32,000 nucleotides of DNA from Thermovibrio guaymasensis (GTDB taxonomy: Bacteria; Aquificota; Aquificia; Desulfurobacteriales; Desulfurobacteriaceae): NCBI RefSeq assembly GCF_003633715.1, contig NZ_RBIE01000001.1:515833-547832 (forward strand), written 5' to 3'. A program made the translations under genes and the position numbers. Shown here one piece after another: positions 7,305-16,977 of the stretch. How positions within the stretch are numbered: position 1 is the stretch's first letter; each line of letters opens with the position of its first letter. The notes beneath the pieces are model-generated. The model worked only from the letters and a program-made list of their open reading frames with translations, did not search any database and had not been told where the DNA came from.

Positions 7305-10300
7305 TTAGCTCTTTTGCCAGTTTCTCTTCTCTACCATGTAATATATAACCGGGATTACAACGAGGGTTAACATGGTAGATGCAAAAACTCCAAAGAGGAG
7401 TGAAATTGCAAGTCCTTGGAATATCGGGTCAAGGAGGATGACCGCTGCTCCTACCATTGCAGCTGCTGCAGTTAGGACAATAGGCCTGAACCTAACGGCT
7501 CCAGCTTCAATTATGGACTCTTTTAGGGGAGCTCCCTCCCTCTTCCTCATGAGGATAAAGTCAACAAGGATTATTGAGTTCCTTACGACGATTCCTGCAA
7601 GTGCTATGAATCCAATCATTGAGGTTGCCGTAAAATAGGTAATTTTCCCAAGGAGTTTAGTCATAAGCCAGTGGCCGGGAATTATTCCGATCATAGTAAG
7701 GGGAATAGGTACCATTATGATTATAGGGATAATGAATGACTGGAACTGACCTACGATTAGAAGGTAGATAAGGATTAGTGCAACGATAAAGGCTGCTCCC
7801 ATGTCCCTAAAGGTTTCGTAGGTAATCTGCCACTCACCGTCCCACTTCATCGTTGGTCTAAAGTCGTTATCGGGGATAGAAGGTGGAATAAAGGTATACT
7901 CAAGTTTGTATCCCTCTGGAAGAGGGTGTTCAGATAGGTACTTGTTGATTGCCAATATTGGGTAGATTGGAGCTTCGTACTTCCCTGAAACGTCTCCAAT
8001 TACGTAGGATACGGGATGAAGGTTCTTATGGTAGATTGTCTTATCTGCAGGGACTTTCTTGATTTCAACTAGTTCCCTCAGAGGTATCAGTTTACCTTTA
8101 TCGTTCATTATGTTTAGGTCAAGGACTTTATTTATATCGTCCCTCTGTTCCCTTGGAAGTCTAACCCAGATTGGGACAGGATCAGAGTCCCAGTCGGTAT
8201 GGGCAACTGAAACCTGAGCTCCGTGGAGGGCCATTGCAACTGTATTTGCAATTTGCTTTTCAGTAACTCCAGACTCCCTAGCCTTTCTCCTCTTAACTTT
8301 TATCTCGTATTTGTAGTAATCGTCGTCAACTAGAGTATCAACGTCCACAACTCCCGGAGTTTTCTTGAAGATCTCTTCAATCTCTTTTGCAATCCTTCTC
8401 CTTACCTCATCGTCCTTACCGTAAACTTCAGCAACTAAAGTTGAAAGAACAGGTGGCCCCGGAGGGACTTCAACTATCTTAACGTTTGCCCTTGGATCTA
8501 CCTTCCTTGCAACTTCCTGAATTTTTGGCCTTTCTTCCTTTGCTATATCGTGGGACTGCCTTTCCCTCTCATGTTTGTCTATGAGGTTGATTCTTATGTC
8601 TGCAACGTTTCCACCCTTCCTGAGGAAGTAGTGTCTTACTAAACCGTTAAAGTCAAAGGGAGATGCAGTTCCGATGTAAGATTCATAGTCTGTCACTTCA
8701 GGTATTGTTTGAAGATAGTTTGCTATAGCCTTTGTTACCCTTGCCGTATCCTCTAGAGAGGTCCCTTCCGGCATGTCTATTACTACCTGGAACTCGCTCT
8801 TGTTGTCAAATGGAAGTAGCTTAACTACAACTGCTTTTGTAAAGAAGAGGCTCACTGAGCCTGCCATCATTAGTAAAACTATAAATAGGAAGGCCCACCT
8901 CTTTACTGCTGAGTCAAGGAGGGGTCTGACTATCCTGTTGTAGATTCTGTAAGTTAAAGTTTTCTCAAGGACTATCTTTTCCTCTTCCTTTTCTGCTTCC
9001 TTCTTAAGGAGGTGGTATGCAGCCCAGGGAGAAATTACAAAGGCTACGATTAGTGAGAAGAACATTGCGATTGATGAGTTAACAGGTATAGGTTTCATGT
9101 AAGGGCCCATGAGGCCCCTAACGAAAGCCATAGGTAAGAGGGCTGCTATAACCGTAAAGGTTGCAAGTATTGTTGGGTTACCTACTTCAGCAACGGCGTA
9201 AATTGCAGCCTGAAGAGGAGGCATTTCCTTTAACTTCAGGTGTCTGTGGATGTTTTCAACGACGACTATTGCGTCGTCAACTAAAAGTCCGAGTGTGAAG
9301 ATTAGAGCAAAGAGGGTAACCCTGTTTAAAGTGTAGCCTGTTAGTAAGTCAATAAAGAGCGTTAGAGCAAGGGTTGTCGGTATCGCAATAGATACGACTA
9401 AAGCCTCCTTTATTCCGAGTGTTACTCCGATGAACACAACTACTGCTGTAATGGCAACGCCGAGGTGGAACATTAACTCTTCAAACTTATCCTCTGCAGT
9501 CTTTCCGTAGTTCCTCGTTACCGTTACGTGAACGTCGGCTGGAAGTATGCGGGGTTTTATCTCCTCAAGCTTCTTTAGTATCTCGTTTGCTACGTTAACA
9601 GCGTTTGTTCCCTTCTTCTTTGCAACTGCAATTGTTACTGCGGGGAACTGGTTTCCGTGCTCTTTGAGGAATTCCTTGCTTACTCCTTTCTTTTCAGAGT
9701 GGGGGCCAAAGCCGATAAAGACGTAGTTTTCCGGGTCAATTGGGGCATCTGTAACCTTAGCTATGTCCTTTAAGTAAACAGGTTTCCCGTTGTAGACCGC
9801 TACTACTATATTTTCAAGGTCTTTAACTGTCTTTATGAACTCTCCGGCTTCTACGGGAAATTCTGTATTCTTCTCGTCTACCTTCCCTGCCGGTAGTTTA
9901 ACGTTTGCAGACCTTATGGCATTCGCAATTTGAAGTAGTGAGAGGTGGTAGTTCTTTAGTTTATCTTTATCTACCAGTACTTTAAACCTTCTTACATCTC
10001 CTCCAATTATCCAGGACTTTGATACGTTCTCTACCTGTTTAAGCTGGAGGCAGATTTCCTTTGCAAACTTCCTCAGCTCGTAAGGACTCCTGTCGGGGCT
10101 CCAGAGGGTTAAAGTTACTATGGGAACGTCGTTTATATCCTTTGGTTTAACTAGCGGTTGGAGGGCTCCCTGAGGGAGCTTATCTAAATTTGACATTAGC
10201 TTGTTGTAAAGCTTTACTAAAGAATCTTCCATATCCTCATTTACTTTAAACCTTGCAATGATTAAACTCATTCCTGGTTTAGATATGGAGTAGACGTAGT

Positions 10301-10556
10301 CCATTCCCTTTATTTCCCAGAGCAGTTTCTCAAACCTAGTTGAGACTTTCCTCTCTACCTCCTTTGCAGAAGCTCCGGGGTAGGGAATGAAGACGTCAAC
10401 CATAGGAACTACGATTTGGGGTTCCTCTTCCTTAGGGGTTAGTACGACAGCTGCAATACCTATTAAGAGTGAGGCTACAAGGAAAAGGGGAGTTATCTTT
10501 GACGTTATGAAGGCTTTGGCTATCCTTCCTGCTATTCCTAAGTCTATGTTTTTCAT
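7305..10556 (-). CDS. RND-family efflux transporter permease
   Basis: 1083 aa with AcrB/MdtB-like features: 'PYPGASAKEVERKVSTRFEKLLWEI', 'GLLVDDAIVVVENIHRH', 'AAVAEVGNPTILATFTVIAALLPMAF', 'GIVVRNSIILVDFILM'. Confidence 0.95.
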   Translation of the reverse strand: MKNIDLGIAGRIAKAFITSKITPLFLVASLLIGIAAVVLTPKEEEPQIVVPMVDVFIPYPGASAKEVERKVSTRFEKLLWEIKGMDYVYSISKPGMSLIIARFKVNEDMEDSLVKLYNKLMSNLDKLPQGALQPLVKPKDINDVPIVTLTLWSPDRSPYELRKFAKEICLQLKQVENVSKSWIIGGDVRRFKVLVDKDKLKNYHLSLLQIANAIRSANVKLPAGKVDEKNTEFPVEAGEFIKTVKDLENIVVAVYNGKPVYLKDIAKVTDAPIDPENYVFIGFGPHSEKKGVSKEFLKEHGNQFPAVTIAVAKKKGTNAVNVANEILKKLEEIKPRILPADVHVTVTRNYGKTAEDKFEELMFHLGVAITAVVVFIGVTLGIKEALVVSIAIPTTLALTLFIDLLTGYTLNRVTLFALIFTLGLLVDDAIVVVENIHRHLKLKEMPPLQAAIYAVAEVGNPTILATFTVIAALLPMAFVRGLMGPYMKPIPVNSSIAMFFSLIVAFVISPWAAYHLLKKEAEKEEEKIVLEKTLTYRIYNRIVRPLLDSAVKRWAFLFIVLLMMAGSVSLFFTKAVVVKLLPFDNKSEFQVVIDMPEGTSLEDTARVTKAIANYLQTIPEVTDYESYIGTASPFDFNGLVRHYFLRKGGNVADIRINLIDKHERERQSHDIAKEERPKIQEVARKVDPRANVKIVEVPPGPPVLSTLVAEVYGKDDEVRRRIAKEIEEIFKKTPGVVDVDTLVDDDYYKYEIKVKRRKARESGVTEKQIANTVAMALHGAQVSVAHTDWDSDPVPIWVRLPREQRDDINKVLDLNIMNDKGKLIPLRELVEIKKVPADKTIYHKNLHPVSYVIGDVSGKYEAPIYPILAINKYLSEHPLPEGYKLEYTFIPPSIPDNDFRPTMKWDGEWQITYETFRDMGAAFIVALILIYLLIVGQFQSFIIPIIIMVPIPLTMIGIIPGHWLMTKLLGKITYFTATSMIGFIALAGIVVRNSIILVDFILMRKREGAPLKESIIEAGAVRFRPIVLTAAAAMVGAAVILLDPIFQGLAISLLFGVFASTMLTLVVIPVIYYMVEKRNWQKS

Positions 10557-10562
10557 CCTCTT

Positions 10563-11738
10563 TTACCCCTCTACTCTTGCTCCGTCAACTAGCTTGTTAA
10601 CGTTGCTTACGGCAATCTTTTCTCCCTTATGGAGACCTGAGAGGATTATGACCATGTCTCCAAAGGTTTCACCCGTTTTAACTGGTCTTAGGTGGGCCAC
10701 TCCACTTTCAACTACGAAGACGAACTCAAGAGCTCCAACCCTGTAAATAGCGCTCTTTGGAACGGCCAATGACTCAACTTTTACTGAAGGGAACTCAACT
10801 ACGGCGTACGTCCCTGGAATTGCTTTTATAGGTTCTTCAGTTTCAACCTTTACTCCAAACTTGTGGGAGATAGGGTCTGCACTTTTGTCTATTTCAACTA
10901 CCTTACCTGAGTACTTTTTACCCTTTATCCTTACAATAACTTTACTTCCAATACCAATCTTATCTGAGTAAACGTTATCTATGAAAGCTCTAACCCTAAA
11001 CGGGAAAGATCCGATTTTATAGACTGGGGTCTGGGGTGAGACAAGATTTCCCTTGTCAACGAGCTTCTGAAGGACAATCCCATCAACCGGGGATTTTAGG
11101 TAGGTGTAGGAGAGGAAGGCTTTAGCTTTCTTTAAGGATGCCAAAATTTGTTCTTCCTTTGCTTTTAGCTCCTTCTTTCTTTCAAGGATCTGTTTCTCCT
11201 TTGCCTTTACAGCTTCAAGCTGTGCCTTTGCAGCCTCATACTGGGTCTTTACCTGGTCAAACTTCTGCTTTGATATCGCTTCTCCCTCTAGGAGGGCTTT
11301 AAACCTTTCGTAAGTCCTCTTAGCGAAGGAGTAATTAGCTTCTGCTGCCCTTTTGTTGGCTCTTACTTCCTCTAGAGCTTTGTTGAGCTCTCTTTGAGCA
11401 GCATCTATTTCCCTTAAGGCTGCTTTAGCCTTATCTATGTCAGGTTTGATATCAGAACTGTCTATAACTGCCAGTACCTCTCCCTTCTTTACTCTCTGCC
11501 CGGTTTTAGCCTTCTCCTCAATTAGGTATCCGACGACTTTTGGTGAAGTGAAAATCTCCTCTTTCGGAATTACCGTTGCAGAGAAGGTTGCCTTTCTTAC
11601 AAATTCAACTACCTCTACCGGTTTTGTTTGAACGCCTGATACCTTTTTAACTTTTACAGGTTCTGCCTTTTCCTCTTTTGCCCCGCAGGAAGAGAGGGCT
11701 ACAAGTAAAGCTACGGCTATAGCAGTCCTTTTACCCAT
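10563..11738 (-). CDS. RND efflux periplasmic adaptor (membrane fusion protein), probable lipoprotein
   Basis: 391 aa. Possible lipobox (ALLVALSSCG), biotinyl-lipoyl-like halves ('GYLIEEKAKTGQRVKKGEVLAVIDS' and 'YLKSPVDGIVLQKLVDKGNLVSPQTPVYKIG'), central coiled-coil hairpin. Directly upstream of the permease. Confidence 0.92.
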   Translation of the reverse strand: MGKRTAIAVALLVALSSCGAKEEKAEPVKVKKVSGVQTKPVEVVEFVRKATFSATVIPKEEIFTSPKVVGYLIEEKAKTGQRVKKGEVLAVIDSSDIKPDIDKAKAALREIDAAQRELNKALEEVRANKRAAEANYSFAKRTYERFKALLEGEAISKQKFDQVKTQYEAAKAQLEAVKAKEKQILERKKELKAKEEQILASLKKAKAFLSYTYLKSPVDGIVLQKLVDKGNLVSPQTPVYKIGSFPFRVRAFIDNVYSDKIGIGSKVIVRIKGKKYSGKVVEIDKSADPISHKFGVKVETEEPIKAIPGTYAVVEFPSVKVESLAVPKSAIYRVGALEFVFVVESGVAHLRPVKTGETFGDMVIILSGLHKGEKIAVSNVNKLVDGARVEG

Positions 11739-11773
11739 TTTTAGACCTCTATCATCCTAAGTTTGTCGGCTTC

Positions 11774-11804
11774 ATTATCTTATTAGAATTTAGTATGATG
11801 TCAA
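11774..11804 (-). promoter_or_regulatory. Putative sigma-70-type promoter for the RND efflux operon
   Basis: Minus strand reads TTGACA (11804-11799), then TAAGAT after a 16-nt spacer (11782-11777) or GATAAT after 19 nt (11779-11774). It lies in one of the very few non-coding gaps of the minus block. Confidence 0.5.
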
Positions 11805-11812
11805 GGTTCTTT

Positions 11813-12484
11813 TTATAGTTTCAGGAAGTATTCTGTAAACACGTCTGCGTAGAGTTTAAGCTTTTTCCAGTCAGACTCCTTTCCCTTTATTTCCTCAGCA
11901 GATATGCCCTCCTGTTGAAGTTCGTTTTTGTATCCTTCAATCCACCTCTCAATTCCCTCAGGGTTCACTTCCAGGTGAAACTGAAGACCGATGACTCTGT
12001 TTCCAACTCTAAATGCCTGATTTGGGTACATTGCAGATGAGGCCAGCTTTACGGCTCCCTCTGGAATCTCAAAGGTATCTCCGTGCCAGTGGAACACTTT
12101 TATTTCATCCCGGTATATTATTTCAAGGTCACTCTGAGGGAATATCGGTTTCCAGCCAATCTCTTTCCCCCACTGGCCCTTTTCAACTTTCGCACCGAAT
12201 ACTTTTGCTATTAGCTGAGCTCCAAGGCAGATACCCAGGACTTTCTTCCCTTCCTCAAAGAACTCTTTTATCAGCCTCTCTTCCTCCCTTAAAAAGGGGT
12301 ACTCCTCTTCCTGGTAGACTCCCATAGGACCGCCTAATACTACCAGCACGTCATAATCCTGAGGGGATGGAAACTCACCTTCGTACCCCTTAAACTCCTC
12401 AGTCTTAACTCCTCTCCTTTCAAAGGTCTCTTTGAAAGTTCCCAAGTCCTCAAACTCTACGTTCTTTATTGCTGCTAACCTCAA
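11813..12484 (-). CDS. Class I glutamine amidotransferase-like protein (GMP synthase glutaminase-like)
   Basis: 223 aa. Nucleophile elbow 'KKVLGICLGAQLIAKVFG', catalytic His/Glu 'IGLQFHLEVNPEGIE', and 'VLVVLGGPMGVY'. Confidence 0.9.
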   Translation of the reverse strand: MRLAAIKNVEFEDLGTFKETFERRGVKTEEFKGYEGEFPSPQDYDVLVVLGGPMGVYQEEEYPFLREEERLIKEFFEEGKKVLGICLGAQLIAKVFGAKVEKGQWGKEIGWKPIFPQSDLEIIYRDEIKVFHWHGDTFEIPEGAVKLASSAMYPNQAFRVGNRVIGLQFHLEVNPEGIERWIEGYKNELQQEGISAEEIKGKESDWKKLKLYADVFTEYFLKL

Positions 12485-13866
12485 CGGGTACCCCCTACGG
12501 TAATTTGTGGAATCCTAATTGTTGGAAGGCCGTCTGAAACGGGAACTCCTTGACCGTCCTTCCCGCAAGTTCCTATTGAAAACCCGAGATCATTTCCTAC
12601 AGCGTCAATTTCCTCAAGGACTTTTGGACCGTTTCCTATCAGAGATGCTCCCCTTATGGGCTCTGTAACTCTTCCGTTTTCAATCATGTAGGCTTCAGAG
12701 ACTTCAAAGACGAAATCTCCGTTAACCGTGTTTACCTGACCTCCTCCCATTTTGACGACTAAAATTCCTTCCTTCGTATCCTCAATTATCTCCTTTGGGT
12801 CTGTCTCTCCGGGAGCTACGTAGGTGTTTGTCATCCTTGGAATGGGAATGTGCATGTACGACTGTCTCCTGCCGTTTCCCGTTGGAAGGATTTCCTCGCA
12901 CTTCATAGCTTCAAGGATGTCTGACATGTACCCCTTTAGAACACCATTCTCTATTAGAACGTTTTTCCCCGTTGGAGTTCCCTCGTCGTCGTACCCACTT
13001 GAGCCGTACATTCCCTTCATCTGACCGTCATCTATTACAGTTATGAGTTCCGATGCAACTTTTTGTCCTACTTTCCCTGAATAGACGGATAGCCCTTGGT
13101 TTGCAAGGTCGGCTTCAAGGCCGTGTCCTACAGCCTCGTGAATCATAGTTCCACCTGCCTGGGAGGAGATAACTACCGTGAACCTTCCTGCTGGTGCCGG
13201 TTTTGCCTTTAACATCTTTAAAGCCCTTTCTGCAGCTTTTCTAGCTACATCTTCAGGAGGGTTCTTCTCAAGGAGCGAGTAATCTCCGAGGTGACCAATA
13301 GGTTCGTAGCCTGTCTGAAGTTCAACTCCATCTGAGGCTACAACTAAGGTGTAGAAAACGATCCTCGGCCTAACGTCTTCAACTATGTTCCCTTCAGTGT
13401 TTACTATAAGTACTTCCTGTATTTGGTCCCTTAAAACTACTGTAACTTGCTTAATCCTATCGCTTATACTCCTTGCTGCGTCGTTTGCCCTTTTAAGGTA
13501 TTCAACCTTTTTCTCAACCGGGATTTCAAAGGAGAGTCCCTCTACAAGCTCGTTGTATCGGGGCCTTTTCTCGTTAAAGTCTACTATTACCTCCTTTTCC
13601 TCCCTTGCAGCTGCCGATATCCTGTCAATTAGTTCCTCAATACTCTTCCTGTTAAGCCTGTTTGTAAAACCGTAGTAAGTTTTAAAGTTCTTTATAAACC
13701 TTATTCCCACTCCGACTTCAATTCCGCAGGAAAGGTCCTCTACTCTGTTGTCCTCACACTTTCCGGAGAAGGTATACCTCCTTTCAAAGAAGAGGTCTCC
13801 GTAATCTGCTCCTTTTCTCTTTAAAAGGAGAGCTCCAAAAGTTCCAAGTTCTTTAAAGTCCACCAT
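12481..13866 (-). CDS. tldD: TldD-family metalloprotease
   Basis: 461 aa with the HExxxH motif 'AGGTMIHEAVGHGLEADL' and TldD features 'VIDDGQMKGMYGSSGYDDEGTPTGKNVLIENGVLKGYM' and 'GNGRRQSYMHIPIPRMTNTYV'. Confidence 0.95.
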   Translation of the reverse strand: MVDFKELGTFGALLLKRKGADYGDLFFERRYTFSGKCEDNRVEDLSCGIEVGVGIRFIKNFKTYYGFTNRLNRKSIEELIDRISAAAREEKEVIVDFNEKRPRYNELVEGLSFEIPVEKKVEYLKRANDAARSISDRIKQVTVVLRDQIQEVLIVNTEGNIVEDVRPRIVFYTLVVASDGVELQTGYEPIGHLGDYSLLEKNPPEDVARKAAERALKMLKAKPAPAGRFTVVISSQAGGTMIHEAVGHGLEADLANQGLSVYSGKVGQKVASELITVIDDGQMKGMYGSSGYDDEGTPTGKNVLIENGVLKGYMSDILEAMKCEEILPTGNGRRQSYMHIPIPRMTNTYVAPGETDPKEIIEDTKEGILVVKMGGGQVNTVNGDFVFEVSEAYMIENGRVTEPIRGASLIGNGPKVLEEIDAVGNDLGFSIGTCGKDGQGVPVSDGLPTIRIPQITVGGTR

Positions 13867-14709
13867 CTAAAGCCCCCAATCTCTAAAGTAGAGGAAGTCT
13901 TTATCAACAGTTCTCCGGGCAATTTTACAGATTATAGGTAGTTTCCTCTTGTACTGGCTCCTCTTAACCATGCTTAAAACTCTATCAACAACTTGAGGTT
14001 CAAATCCTGCCCCTATTAGGTCCTCTCTTCTTAGCCTTAAGTCAACGTAGCCTACTAAAATCTTGTCAAGGGTTTTGTATGTTATTCCGATTTCCCCTTC
14101 ATCGGTCTGGCCGGGCCAAAGGTCCGCAGAAGGTTTCTTCTTAACTATCCTATCTGGAACTCCAATGAAGGAGGCCATATCCCATACCTGGGTCTTATAA
14201 AGGTCCCCTAGAGGGTTAATGTCGTGAGCGCCGTCTCCCCACCTAGTTGAGTAGCCTATTAGGAGCTCACTCTTATTGCTGGTTCCAAGGACTAGTCCTT
14301 TCTTCTGGTGGGCAAAGTCGTAGAGGATGGCCATCCTCTCCCTGGCCATCTTGTTTCCCCTTCTAACAAAGTCTGCATCGGGGAATAGCGAAAAGTAGGC
14401 GTCTACCTGTGGGGTTATATCTATCTCGTGGAACTCAATTTCAAGGACTTCTGCAACTAACCTTGCATCCTCCCTTGATGATTTGGAAGATGTTTTGTAG
14501 GGCATTGAAACTCCGATAACGTTTTCCTTCCCTAAGGCCTCAACTGCCAAGAAGGCCGCTAGGGAAGAGTCAACCCCTCCAGAGAGGCCAACAACTGCCC
14601 TCTTAAAACCTGCCTTTAGGAACTCTTCCCTTATGAAGTTTACAAGGACGTCCTTTACAAATTCCTTATCCTCTATTCTGAGCTCCTCTGCCAACCTATC
14701 TTTCATCAA
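13867..14709 (-). CDS. nadE: NAD+ synthetase (synthetase domain only)
   Basis: 280 aa. ATP-pyrophosphatase loop 'VVGLSGGVDSSLAAFLAVEAL', 'GTSNKSELLIGYSTRWGDGAHDINPLGDLYKTQV', 'PSADLWPGQTDEGEIG'. Confidence 0.95.
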   Translation of the reverse strand: MMKDRLAEELRIEDKEFVKDVLVNFIREEFLKAGFKRAVVGLSGGVDSSLAAFLAVEALGKENVIGVSMPYKTSSKSSREDARLVAEVLEIEFHEIDITPQVDAYFSLFPDADFVRRGNKMARERMAILYDFAHQKKGLVLGTSNKSELLIGYSTRWGDGAHDINPLGDLYKTQVWDMASFIGVPDRIVKKKPSADLWPGQTDEGEIGITYKTLDKILVGYVDLRLRREDLIGAGFEPQVVDRVLSMVKRSQYKRKLPIICKIARRTVDKDFLYFRDWGL

Positions 14710-15535
14710 CGATTCTCCTAAGGTTCTTTAGGGTGGTGAGGGGTCTTTCATCCCTTAAAAGGGGTAGGTTTATCCTTGCAGAGCGAATTAGTGTAGGTTC
14801 TACCTCAACTATGAGAAGCTCCTCATTAAAAGAACCTGCTTGGGCAACTACTTTCCCGTAAGGGTCACACACGAACGATTTTCCAGAGAAAACAAATCCG
14901 TCCTCTACCCCAACTCTGTTTGAGTAGATGAAGTAGCTTCCCGTTAACCTTGAGTAAAATTCTCCCATGTTCAACCATACTTCGGCATTTCCGAACATTC
15001 CCCTTTCTCTGTATCCCCTTCCGGGGCTTGACGAGAGGGCTATTAGATATTCAGTTCCCTGAATGAAAGAGAGGTAGACTGTTGAGAAGTGCCACAGGTC
15101 CTCACATATAAGGATAGAGGTCTTTCCGAGCTTTGAGTTGAAAGCCCTTACCTCTTCTCCGTGTCCCGTGAACCTTCCTTCGTCAAACATTCCGTAGGTG
15201 GGAAGGTATAGCTTCCTGTGTACGTGCTTTACCTTTCCTCCTTCAATGTAGAAAGCGGAGTTGTAGAAGATGTGCCCCGGACTTTCCTCTATCAGACCTA
15301 CCACTATTGATATTTCCCTACTAAGCTCAAGCAGGGGGATTAACTCTTTACTTTCAGGAGTTAAAGCCACTTCAAAGGTTGAATCCTGTAAGTTATAACC
15401 GGTAAGTGAAAGTTCAGGGAAGACAATGAGCTCTGCTCCCTTTTCCTTTGCCTTTTCTGAAAAGTGAATGCACTTTTCTACGTTATCCTTTATTTCTCCC
15501 AGCTTTGTCTTTATCTGGGCAACGGCTATTTTCAT
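14696..15535 (-). CDS. Carbon-nitrogen hydrolase (nitrilase superfamily), likely glutaminase partner of NadE
   Basis: 279 aa with nitrilase triad context: E in 'ELIVFPELSLTGYNLQD', K in 'HVHRKLYLPTYGMFDE', C in 'TSILICEDLWH'. Overlaps the nadE start by 14 nt. Confidence 0.88.
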   Translation of the reverse strand: MKIAVAQIKTKLGEIKDNVEKCIHFSEKAKEKGAELIVFPELSLTGYNLQDSTFEVALTPESKELIPLLELSREISIVVGLIEESPGHIFYNSAFYIEGGKVKHVHRKLYLPTYGMFDEGRFTGHGEEVRAFNSKLGKTSILICEDLWHFSTVYLSFIQGTEYLIALSSSPGRGYRERGMFGNAEVWLNMGEFYSRLTGSYFIYSNRVGVEDGFVFSGKSFVCDPYGKVVAQAGSFNEELLIVEVEPTLIRSARINLPLLRDERPLTTLKNLRRIVDER

Positions 15536-15538
15536 TTC

Positions 15539-16744
15539 CTACCACCTGAACGAGAGTTTGAAGTAACTCTGAGTATCTGCCTTACTTCCAAGACCTCTAA
15601 AAAGTTTGAACTTAATGATACCATCAGCCAGCCTTGCCCAGAACGCTGTTACCTCAACTCCTGCAGAAATCAGTATGTCGTCTGGGGTGTTCTCAAAGGA
15701 GTCTCCTACCCAGAAGGAGGGTTTAACGAAAATGCTCTTATCAACTACTGGGAACCTGTAAGAAAAGTTCCCTGCAACGTACCTTTTGTTTTCCATCTCT
15801 TCAGATTTATAACCTGGGATTGGGGAAGAAACGTTGTACCCGTTCCCGCTGTAACCGACTTTCGTTCCAAGGAATACCTTGTACAGGAAGGTTTTAAGGT
15901 CTCCCCTTTTTATTGATTTTAAGTAGGAAAGGTCCAGTTTCCCGGTAAAGACTGAGGAGATTTCCGGCGCAGCTAAACTCCCACCTATTGAGAAACTTTT
16001 TCCTAAGGTGTAATAAACCATATCTGTTGAGTAGTCCTTTGTGTAGCGTAAGTTGAGGTAGTACAGGTGTTTATCGCTTGTTAACGTATCTGGGAAGGAG
16101 AGGTATGGGGTCAGCCCGAAAGTTATCTGGTTTATCTTTTCCCTATCAAGATAAAGCCTAACGGATACCGGAAAAGTGTAGCTCTTTTCCTTGTAGTCTC
16201 CTAACTTCTTTCCCTTCTTAATCAGGCTTTTGTAATCTTCTTGGTAGAAGGCTCCGAAGGATAGGTCTGCAGTGTTGTAGATTATCCTGTAGAGGCTAAG
16301 GTTAACAAATACTTTCTTTGACGGTTTGTCTGTGTTGTACCACTTAACATAGCCGGTGTAGAGTTTATGCCCCATTCCGAAGAGGTTGTAGTGCCTAACT
16401 TCCATACCGGCCTTATAGGAACCGTCATCTTTAAACCTAACTCTTGGGAGCGGAACTATTGGGAACTTCTCCTTTAACCTGAGCTTTACTGTTACTCCCT
16501 CCTTATCTTCCTTTACGGAAGTCTCTACCCTGTAGAAAAGGTGGGTGTTTAGAAGGTTCCTTACCGATAGAGAGAGGTCTTTGGGGTCGAACTTTTTTCC
16601 CTCTTTAATGAGGAGCTCTCTCCTAACAAACCTTTCCTTTGTCCACTTCAGTCCTTCTATCTCAATCCTTTTTACTACAGCTGCGTAGGAGTTTAGACTG
16701 GAAAAACTTAAAAGCAGTAAAATTAAAAGGCTAAACTTTCTCAT
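15539..16744 (-). CDS. Short Omp85/BamA-TamA-like outer-membrane protein with a single POTRA
   Basis: 401 aa. Signal peptide (MRKFSLLILLLLSFSSLNSYA), one POTRA-like unit ('AVVKRIEIEGLKWTKERFVRRELLIKEGKKFDPKDLSLSVRNLLNTHLFYRVETSVKEDKEGVTVKLRLKE'), then about 300 aa of alternating beta strands ending in 'SYFKLSFRW'. Confidence 0.75.
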   Translation of the reverse strand: MRKFSLLILLLLSFSSLNSYAAVVKRIEIEGLKWTKERFVRRELLIKEGKKFDPKDLSLSVRNLLNTHLFYRVETSVKEDKEGVTVKLRLKEKFPIVPLPRVRFKDDGSYKAGMEVRHYNLFGMGHKLYTGYVKWYNTDKPSKKVFVNLSLYRIIYNTADLSFGAFYQEDYKSLIKKGKKLGDYKEKSYTFPVSVRLYLDREKINQITFGLTPYLSFPDTLTSDKHLYYLNLRYTKDYSTDMVYYTLGKSFSIGGSLAAPEISSVFTGKLDLSYLKSIKRGDLKTFLYKVFLGTKVGYSGNGYNVSSPIPGYKSEEMENKRYVAGNFSYRFPVVDKSIFVKPSFWVGDSFENTPDDILISAGVEVTAFWARLADGIIKFKLFRGLGSKADTQSYFKLSFRW

Positions 16745-16977
16745 TGTTTCCTCATTGCAATAAATAAAATGAAGGATACCAGAGTTAGGATTAAGCTTAT
16801 CAAAATGCTCGTTCCGAGGGGAAAGTAAAAGACGATGTTGTCCCTTTTTATTACGATGTCTCCTGGGAGTTTTCCAACTGGAATGTTCCCGAGTTTGCTT
16901 AGAATGAGGATGAGAGCTCCTAAGACTACGAGGAAGAGCCCAGTAAGTATTAGTAGTTTCCCTAAATCTTCTACCAT
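16741..16977 (-). CDS. DUF2905-family small membrane protein
   Basis: 78 aa, two TM helices flanking 'GNIPVGKLPGDIVIKRDNIVFYFPLGTSILISLILTLV', the typical DUF2905 signature. Confidence 0.85.
   Translation of the reverse strand: MVEDLGKLLILTGLFLVVLGALILILSKLGNIPVGKLPGDIVIKRDNIVFYFPLGTSILISLILTLVSFILFIAMRKQ

Noticed and set aside
11813-12484. Amidotransferase as a subunit of GMP synthase
   Set aside because: Has the class I triad context but no adjacent synthetase half, and resembles stand-alone GATase1-like proteins, so no specific pathway is assigned.
12481-13866. TldD plus PmbA-like gene (31144..32000) as a peptide-modification (RiPP) system
   Set aside because: Both are common housekeeping TldD/PmbA proteins, about 17 kb apart, and I see no small precursor peptide or maturation enzyme beside either.
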